Below, one piece after another: positions 36,290 through 44,533 of a stretch of DNA of 44,533 nt. The first letter of the stretch is position 1. Every line of letters begins with the position of its first letter. The DNA is taken from assembly GCF_004010195.1 (NCBI RefSeq), contig NC_057717.1, positions 106,594,405 to 106,638,937 on the forward strand, read 5' to 3'. Source of the DNA: Chiloscyllium plagiosum (Eukaryota). The translations under genes were made by a program, and so were the position numbers. The notes under the pieces were generated by a model. It was not told where the DNA came from. It did not search any database and was given only the letters and a program-made list of their open reading frames with translations.

Positions 36290-36504
36290 CAGTTGTGGGT
36301 GCTACGTCCAAGGAAGATGTGCTGGCATTAAAGAGTGTCCAGATGGAGGTTCATAAGAAGATAGAAAGGCTTGTCATAGGAGGTTTACTGGAGGATTCTG
36401 GGTCTGTACTTGATGGAGTTTAGCAAAATGAGGAGAACCTGATCGAAACTATCAGAATATTGAGATGCTTGGAAAAAGTGGAGATGATGTCTCCATTAGA
36501 AGAA
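36290..36504 (+). mobile_element. Old CR1 3' coding fragment
   Basis: GGAAGATGTGCTGGCATT..GTCCAG..GAGGTTCA, similar to 10910-11110. Confidence 0.75.
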
Positions 36505-37539
36505 GCCGGTCGAGGTCAGAGAGTGGTGGTAGATGGTAAATATTCAGCCTGGAGCCCAGTTACAAGTGGAGTTCCGCAGGGATCAGTTCTGGGTCCTCTG
36601 CTGTTCGTAATTTTTATTAATGACTTGGATGAGGGAGTCGAAGGGTGGGTCAGTAAATTTGCAGATGATACGAAGATTGGTGGAGTTGTGGATAGTGAGG
36701 AGGGCTGTTGTCGGCTGCAGAGGGACTTAGATATGATGCAGAGTTGGGCTGAGGAGTGGCAGATGGAGTTCAACCCTGCCAAGTGTGAGGTTGTGCATTT
36801 TGGAAGGACAAATAAGAATGCGGAATACAGGGTTAACGGTAGGGTTCTTAGTGAGGTGGAGGAAGAGAGGGATCTTGGGGTCTATGTTCATAGGTCTTTG
36901 AAAGTTGCCACTCAGGTGGATAGAGCTTGTCAGAAGGCCTATGGTGTATTAGCGTTCATTAGCAGAGGGATTGAATTCAAGAGTCATGAAGTGATGTTGC
37001 AACTCAACAGAATTTTGGTTAGGCCACATTTGGAGTACTGTGTGGAGTTCTGGTCGCCTCACTTTAGGAAAGATGTGGAAGCTTTGGAGAGGGTGCAGAG
37101 AAGATTTACCAGGATGTTGCCTGGAATGGAGAGGAAGTCGTACGAGGATAGGTTGAGAGTTCTCGGCCTTTTCTCGTTGGAACGGCGAAGGATGAGGGGT
37201 GACTTGATAGGGGTTTATAAGATGATCAGAGGAATAGATAGAGTAGACAGTCAGAAACTTTTTCCCCGGGTACAACAGAGTGTTACAAGGGGACATAAAT
37301 TTAAGGTGAAGGGTGGAAGGTATAGGGGAGATGTCAGGGGTGGGTTCTTTACCCAGAGAGTGGTGGGGGCATGGAATGCGCTGCCCGTGGGAGTGGTAGA
37401 GTCGGAATCATTGGCGACCTTTAAGCGGCATTTGGATAGGTACATGGATGGGTACTTAATCTAGGTTAGAAGTTCGGCACAACATCGTGGGCCGAAGGGC
37501 CTGTTCTGTGCTGTATTGTTCTATGTTCTATGTTCTATG
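36505..37539 (+). mobile_element. Young 5'-truncated CR1 LINE (uninterrupted RT C-terminal ORF)
   Basis: Stop-free to 37464: VTSGVPQGSVLGPLLFVIFINDLD..SKFADDTK..LVRPHLEYC. Tail (TTCTATG)x3. Confidence 0.97.
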
Positions 37540-37544
37540 ACCTA

Positions 37545-38153
37545 TCTAGGATAACAGCAGAATATCCTGGATGGGGTCAGCTGTCCCTTTGGCTTTGTGG
37601 TTGAAAGTTGTTGGAAGTGTTCTTTCCAGCTTTGTCAAATGTCATTGTCAACCTTACAAAGAGAAAGACAATACTGCAAACAAAGACGATTCTGTCTGTT
37701 AGACCTTGCCCCATGGATGGCCCTGATGGCTTCAAAAAGTTTTACATGGGAAGCCAGTCTCTGTGGTGACCAGTGGGCTGTCAGATTTCCTGGATCTTCT
37801 GTCTCCTTGACTGATCACTTGTGTTGCAGAGTTGTCTTTGGAAATCAATCTTCAGCTGCTGCCTTGACTTGCAAACTTTGGGTTGTTCCAGCAGGCATTC
37901 GTTTCTAATGCAGGAGGTTACATATTCCAGCATGGTTTTCATCAAATCAGTCCTGATAGCAATGGTGCTGGAACCCAACGGTTTGGACAATGGTATCTAG
38001 TGCAGTCAACCTCCCATCTCACTGAAGTGGGAGCTGGGTTTGTGAATATTTCCCAGATTGGCCGTCAGATGCTTTTGGAATTCCTGTTGTCGGTGGGCCA
38101 CTTTAACACTGAGACGCCGATCTCCCCCTCTTGGACTGAACAGAGTGTGTTGT
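37545..38153 (-). mobile_element. RTE-clade LINE, EN-RT linker region, inverted relative to the adjacent RT part
   Basis: Minus-strand decayed motifs QD(W)FDEN, FEAIRAIHG and WKEHFQQL. Confidence 0.7.
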
Positions 38154-38650
38154 CCTGATTATATTCCAGCCGAGCGCTTCAAAGCTAATGAGCTTTTGCT
38201 CACCCTTCGACTCTGCGCACTCTTCTTGTAAGGATTTGTAAGGAAAATGAACTCCTTCTGACTTCATGAAGGTGACCACTATAACTATCTCCAAAAAGGG
38301 AGATAAACCACATTGTGGAAACTTTCGAGATGTTTCTCTGTTGTCCAAAACAGAGAAAATCTTGTCCATTTTCCTGAATCACCTTCTTCCTGTAGTTCAG
38401 GAAATCCTCCCACAGACACAGTATGGGCTTTAAACTCTCCAGAGGAACCTCTGACATAGCCTTTGTCACCAGACAAAACAAGAAAAACTTCAGAAATGCT
38501 TCAGTGGGTTCACTGAACTGAGCAGTAAATTGTGAGACTCTGTGGATTGTGCTTCAAAGTTTCAGGTGTCCACAAAACATTATCATAATCCTGAAGGCAC
38601 TTCTTAATGATGTGACTGCAAACACCTTGGGTGGAAGATGTGAAACAGAT
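38154..38650 (+). mobile_element. RTE-clade LINE, RT N-terminal region
   Basis: PDYIPAERFK…TISKKGDKPHCGNFRDVSLLSKTEKILSIFLNHLLPVVQEILPQTQYG…RGTSDIAFVTRQ. Confidence 0.8.
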
Positions 38651-38871
38651 GCGTTAAAAATCTTAAACAGAAATTGCTGGAAAAACTCTTCAGGTCTGGC
38701 AGGTCTGGCAAACAAATCAGAGTTAACATTTCAGGTCCAGTGGCACTTCTTCAGAACTGAGAGTAGTTAAGAAATTGTTGGTGTGTATACAGAAGATGGG
38801 GTGTTGGGAGGGGGGAGAAGAATCAGGAGGTGGGTTACTCATCACAGTATCCTAGTCTCTGAGCTATTGTA

Positions 38872-39683
38872 TACAACATAATACAGCACAGGAACAGCCA
38901 AGCCTGAACTGATTCTGACCCTTATTTAGACCCACTATTTATTGCCCATAAGTGGTTTCTATCCACTGTTTGCCTCCTGTTCATGTGTCTACCAAGATAC
39001 ACCTTAAATGTTGCTAGCATGCCTGCTTCCCCCACCTCCACTGACAGTGTGTTCCAGGCACCCACCACCCTCTGTGTGAATCATTTTCCCTGCACTTCTC
39101 CCCTAACCTTTCCCCTTCTCACCTTGAATCTCTACCCTCTTGTAATTTCTCCTTTCCACCCTGGGGAAAAAAAACCCTCTGACTATCCACCCGATCTAAG
39201 ACTCTCATAATTTTGTAAACTTCTATCAGGTCACCCCTCAGCCTCCATTTTTCCAGTGAAAACAATCCAAGTTAATCCAACCTTTCCGCATAGCCAAAAC
39301 CCTCCAGACTAGGCAACATCCTGGCAAATCTTCTGGGCACCCTCTCCAAAATATCCCCTTCCTTCTGGTAATGTGGTGACCAGAACTGCATGCAGTATTC
39401 CAAATGTGGCCTATCTAAAGTTTTAAACAGCTGCAACATAATTTGCTAACTTTGATATTGTATGTCCCGCCAATGAAAGCATTCATGCTGTGTGCCTTCC
39501 TGACCACCTTATCCACCTGAGTTGCCACTTTCAGGGATCATGGACCTATACACCCAGTTCCTTCTGTACGTCAATTCTCTGAAGTGTTCTACCATTTATT
39601 GTATAAGTTGCACTTAGATTTGATTTCCAAAATGCATCATTTTGCATTTGTCCAGATTAAACTCCATCTCCCATTTCTCTGTC
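38872..39683 (-). mobile_element. CR1 LINE 3' part (older copy related to 36505-37539)
   Basis: TTCCAGGCACCCACCACCCTCTG, GACCAGAACTGCATGCAGTATTCCAAATGTGGCCTA and AACTCCATCT, the reverse complement of CR1 ORF2. Confidence 0.9.
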
Positions 39684-40399
39684 CAAAATGAGGTCAGGAG
39701 CTGAGTGGCCCTGGCAGAACCTAAACTGGGCGTCACTGAGCAGGTTATTGCTGAGCAGGTGTTGCTTGATAGCACTGTTGATGACACCTTCCATCACTTT
39801 ACTGATGATAGAGAGTAGACTGATGGGGTGGTAATTTGCCAAGTTGTATTTGTCCTGCTTTTTTGTGTACAGGACACACCTGGGCAACTCTCCACACACC
39901 AGATCAGCTTTGTACAAACTAGATCAGTGAGTGTTTGATAATAAATATTTCTTTCTTGCGACCAGCCCCACAAGCTGTTCACTCACAAGAAGACTGTCAT
40001 TATCTACGACCACTTACAAACATAGTGCATACTGAATTTTTATTGCAATACTTTTTTTTTAAAGAGGATATATAACCAAAACTTGACTGAGAATGAAATT
40101 TCCACACAATGGAATTCAATGACTTTCTGGACAGCCTGTGTGGATTATCCTCAGCCTTGAGGGAGACTCTGGGATGTCACACCTAACAGGTGTCAAGGAA
40201 GCCTCAAAGAGAAGGACATCAAAGGGAGAAAGGCATTGCAAACAGTACTGTAATTTCTGTGAGTTATTTCAGGCTGACCATGATGAAGAAAAAAGAGCAA
40301 TCTGGCTGAGAAACATGTTTCTGTCTCTCAAGCATTGACAAGAACAGGAGTTCAATGTCAGCTTCACCTCTGCTCTGTGTGCTAGTGGGTGAAAGTGTC

Positions 40400-40635
40400 T
40401 GAAATAACTCCAAGAAGACTGGTATCTCATCACTAACTCACCCTTTATTTACATGTGCATAGTATATAACACTGACCCAATGAGCTTAGAGCTGACTCCC
40501 AAAGTGAGCAGAACCCCTGACACTCCTGTTTATACCTGTCAGCCAGGGCTCCCCAATTGGTCCAGGTTAACATCCCCAATCAGGGAATTCATTTTCTATG
40601 AGATCCACTTGACTGACCTCATTCCAATCACTTCG
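40400..40635 (-). mobile_element. Solo LTR (236 bp) with 5-bp TSD
   Basis: GTGTC at 40395-40399 and 40636-40640. The minus strand has TATAAA then AATAAA and ends TTATTTCA. The 5' TG is mutated. Confidence 0.8.
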
Positions 40636-41043
40636 GTGTCAGCTGAGAAACCCTCGGTATCCGTACGCTGCAGGTAATAGAACAAGTACACTCTCTTTGC
40701 TGCAAGCCAATCACAATCGAAAGGAAGCAGGAAGCAACTTACCCACAAAGGTAACATGTTGAAACAGCACTATCAAGCCGCACTTGCTCAGCAATAACCT
40801 GCTCAGTGACATCCAGTTTGGGTTCTGCCAGGACTACTCAGCTCCTGACCTCATTACAGCCATGGAGTGTTGGCCTACTAACATCAGTGTTACCAGTATC
40901 ACCAATGGTCTCAATGTCTCATCTTCTGCTGTTCCTGGAACTCTGATACTGATCTGTACATATTTTTAAATGTTATCTTTTTCAGACTCGCCTCCTGTTT
41001 TGAATCTGTTACTATTTTCTATCCTGGTTAATAACTAATAAAC

Positions 41044-41385
41044 AGTAGGGAGGAGGGACTTGGGGGAGGGGCGTTGGAAATGCGATAGGTGGAAAGAGGT
41101 TAAGGTGAGGGTGAAAAGGTGAGGGTGATAGGCCGGCCTATCACCTTCACCTTATCACCCTCACCTTAACCTCCTTCCACCTATCGCATTTCCAACGCCC
41201 CTCCCCCAAGTCCCTCCTCCCTACCTTTATCTTAGCCTGCTTGGCACACTTTCCTCGTTCCTGAAGAAGGGCTCATGCCCGAAACGTCGATTCTCCTGCT
41301 GCTTGGATGCTGCCTGACCTGCTGCGCTTTTCCAGCAACACATTTTCAACTCTGATCTCCAGCATCTGCAGACCTCACTTTCTCC
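41044..41385 (+). mobile_element. Young PLE-derived insertion: 180-bp palindrome plus hammerhead core plus terminus, 15-bp TSD
   Basis: TSD TAATAACTAATAAAC at 41029-41043 and 41386-41400. Palindrome 41045-41224. CTGAAGAAGGGCTCATGCCCGAAACGTC at 41261-41288. Confidence 0.93.
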
Positions 41386-42989
41386 TAATAACTAATAAAC
41401 CACTCTTTTGTTCATTTAAGAAAGCTGGTAAAATTGCCCCTTTTAAAACATCAATTACTTTGGTGAGGGAGAATTAGATTCACGAGCAAGAGATCCTTTG
41501 AAATTTAACCAACTGAAGGGGCAGTTGAAGAAAGAAGGGGAGCGAGTACAGTAACTTACCGATGAGGTATCCTGCCTGGAACCAGAACAAACAGAGAAAC
41601 TTCACCAAGGGATAGGGCAGAACCTCACAATCCTGAGCAGATGGCACCCTCAAATCAAGGATCAGCCTCTGATGATATTGGCACTGACAGGTTTGGAACA
41701 GCAGGTCACCTGCTCTGGCACAGCTTTTGTCTGTCTTTTTCTTCACTTGCCCCCACACCATTCTCGACAGCTCTGGAAAAATATCCCTTCTCCCATTCAA
41801 TCTCTTTGTCTTACTGACCTTTCACTGACCTTCTCTTTGTCTTCATTCCAAACAGCCCTTTTACGTCCTGATGAAAGCTCACTAGCCTGAAACTCAGCTA
41901 GCTTGGCTTCTCCCTTTACAGATGCTGCTTAATATTTCTCAGCATTTTCTGTTTTAATTTCAGATTTCCTGAGATACCATGCTTCATATTGCCACATACA
42001 ACCTTTGTTTGACAAAACAAGTGTCTATCAGATGATTTTCCATTTCTCAGTCTCTCAGCTGGTCACGGGTTAAAAATTGAGGTTAAGTGTAGCATTTAAA
42101 ATTCTGTAATATTCTGAATTAGCTGCATTTTGGAAAATGTGGGTGAATCAGAGAGGCAGCTGTAGAAATGTCATTTTTTCCCAGAAACCATATCAGTACA
42201 GGTAATAGCTTTCCAGGAAATGTGGGCTGTAGTTTTTAAAAATCCCCTTATCAAAGGATAGCGGACTTGTGTTCTGAGTGTTGCAATGTTCACCACAGAG
42301 TCTCACCCACACTGTCTGCTTTCAGTATTTGGGAGCTTCAGTTCAGTCACAGTCTACTTTAAGGCAGACATCTGGAAAGATATGAATGAATTAAAACTGA
42401 AAGCCATTCCAGTCGTGGTTTGCTTTATCCTTCACTATGTTTTCACGTACTCAATGCAAACGCTGGCAGTAGTACACTGTCATAGAGATTTAAAACAGTA
42501 CCAACTCTCATTTTATAAACTCGATGAAAGACTCATGTTCAGTGAAAGGTCGTAATAAGATTGGGAAGGTTTATGAGAGATTGATGCAAAAGTAAAATAC
42601 TGTGGATGCTGGAAATCTGAAATATTATTTTTAAATGCTGGAACTCAGCAGATCTGGCAGGATTTCTGGAGGAAGAATTTACTTTGCCTTTCATAACTTC
42701 AGGTTTAACGGCCACTGACATGAAAGCTCACTGACATTTTAACTGACAAATGTTAACCTTGTTTCTCTCTTCATCGATACTGCATGATCTGCTGAGCTTC
42801 TCCAGCAGTTTTTGGTCTTATGAAAGATTGGATCACACAAAGACAGTGCAGCAAATTAAATAAAATAGTTCTATACTCCATCAACAATGTACCCTATCAT
42901 TAACCTTATCCCAACCACTTAATCTCCCTACTTCCTGGGTTTTGAGTAACCACAACTAGAAAAAGGATGTGCTACTTTGGTTTTTATAT

Positions 42990-43450
42990 CCAAGGAAGCA
43001 TACACTGTGCTTTTATTGGAGGTGGACAGCAAAGATTCTGTAAATTGTCTCATGGGATGCCCAGGCTGTCTTAACATGAGAGGCTGAGTCAATTAGGCCT
43101 ACAGTCTCTGGCATTTAGGAGAATGAGAGGATATCAAATTGAAACAAGTAAGATTCAATCCTAAGACATTGCTTTCCCCTGATCAGGAATCTGAAAATGG
43201 AGCTATAGTCCCAGGATAATGCACCAATCATTTAGGATAGAGATGAGGAGAAATTACCTCACGCAAAGCTGGTATGAGATATTTGAATCTTTAAACCCCA
43301 AAGGATTGTGGGTGTTCTATCATTTAATATGTTTGGAGATGCATGGATATACCGTTTCTTGGGAAATTGAGGACTATGGGGAAATGATAGGTGAACAGAA
43401 ATTGAGGCAAAATCATAATCAGCCTGTTTCCTGCTTCTACTTTCTTATGT
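42990..43450 (+). mobile_element. Very old CR1 3' fragment
   Basis: TTTAGGAGAATGAGAGG and TTTAGGATAGAGATGAGGAGAAATTAC, similar to 11020-11400. Confidence 0.65.
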
Positions 43451-43790
43451 TTTTCTGTATCTCTACCCTTATCAGGAACTCTCAAAATCCAGTTCATCTT
43501 CTTACACAGACATGTACACTCTATTCTGTAATTGACTTTACTAAACTGATTACATCGGTCAATTTTGACCAATGTGGGAGTTAAAATAAACTCATCACTC
43601 ATCACTTCCTTGATCTTTTCAGTCCAGTGGGATCCTAGAAGATGTGTTGCATGTTTGAAGCATTGCAACATTTTTGATTTGTCCCTAATGAATGAGTCAA
43701 ATTATCAGCTGCAACAGTTGTGAATGTCAATTGCAAAAGCTGTTAGATGTGTATGATAGGAGAACTGTGCCAAGACATTGTCTGAGCTGA

Positions 43791-44533
43791 GTTGGTACCT
43801 GGGACTTCGATGTTGTGGCTATTACGGAGACATGGCTAGAACAGGGACAGGATTGGCTGTTGCAGGTTCCAGGATTTAAATGTTTTAGTAGGGTCAGAGG
43901 TGGGGGTAAAAGAGGGGGAGGTGTGGCATTGCTTGTCAAAGATAGTATTACAGCGGTGGAAAGGACGATGGATGAGGACTTGCCATCTGAGGTAGTTTGG
44001 GCTGAGGTTAGGAATAGGAAAGGTGAGGTCACCCTGTTAGGAGTCTTTTACAGGCCTCCCAATAGTCCTAGAAACGTAGAAGAAAGGATAGGGAAGGTGA
44101 TTCAGGAGATGAGCGACAGTAATAGGGTGGTTGTTATGGGGGACTTTAACTTACCTGATATTGATTGGGAAAGCTATAGCTCAAGTTCGTTAGATGGGTC
44201 AGTGTTTGTTCAATGTGTGCAGGAGAGTTTCCTGACACAATATGTAGACAGGCCAACAAGAGGTGAGGCCATACTGGATTTGGTTCTGGGTAACGAACCA
44301 GGCCAGGTGTTAGAATTAGAGGTAGGTGAGCACTTTGGGGATAGTGACCATAATTCGGTGATTTTTACACTCGTGATGGAGAGGGATAAGTGAGGACGAC
44401 AGGGCAAGAGTTATAGCTGGGGTCAGGGAAATTATGATGCGGTGAGGCATGACTTAGGATGTGTGACTTGGAAAAGTAGACTCCAAGGCAAGAGTGTAAA
44501 TGATATGTGGAACTTGTTCAAGGGGCAACTACT
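43791..44533 (+). mobile_element. Young CR1 LINE ORF2, AP-endonuclease domain (runs off the window end)
   Basis: DVVAITETW, RGGGVALLVK, GVFYRPP, VVMGDFN, PTRGEAILDLVL, SDHN. Premature TGA at 44391-44393. Confidence 0.97.

Noticed and set aside
36460..37464. 334-aa ORF as a host or domesticated reverse transcriptase gene
   Set aside because: It is a 5'-truncated CR1 ORF2. The first ~15 codons come from an unrelated older CR1 fragment, and the RT N-terminus is missing.
43815..44393. Standalone endonuclease gene
   Set aside because: CR1 ORF2 APE domain with a premature stop. Element sequence continues past the stop.

Overview
This is vertebrate nuclear DNA, almost certainly from a cartilaginous fish (shark). 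The repeat complement points there: HE1/V-SINE, Deu-domain SINE, shark-type CR1 LINEs and Penelope-like element ends. The window is dominated by mobile-element debris: many CR1 and CR1-group LINE fragments of different ages, Penelope-like elements (PLEs) whose ends carry minimal hammerhead-ribozyme cores, an RTE LINE with an inverted 5' part, a Gypsy pol remnant, a class I ERV integrase remnant, two solo LTRs and a pogo/Tigger-like MITE. A ~4.5 kb 19-bp satellite containing an assembly gap produces all the long Cys/Leu/Val and Gln/Thr ORFs, which are artefacts. I recognise no host gene. A phase-consistent chain of five short + strand exon candidates (16200-32193) may encode the N-terminus of an unidentified protein (low-moderate confidence). 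The most notable structures are small hammerhead-bearing fold-back PLE insertions with 15-bp TSDs, a perfect 121-bp inverted copy that includes flanking DNA, a twin-priming-like RTE inversion, and a nested CR1/LTR/ERV/MITE cluster. I see no firm evidence of a wholly new biological system. All family calls are by eye, with no database search.
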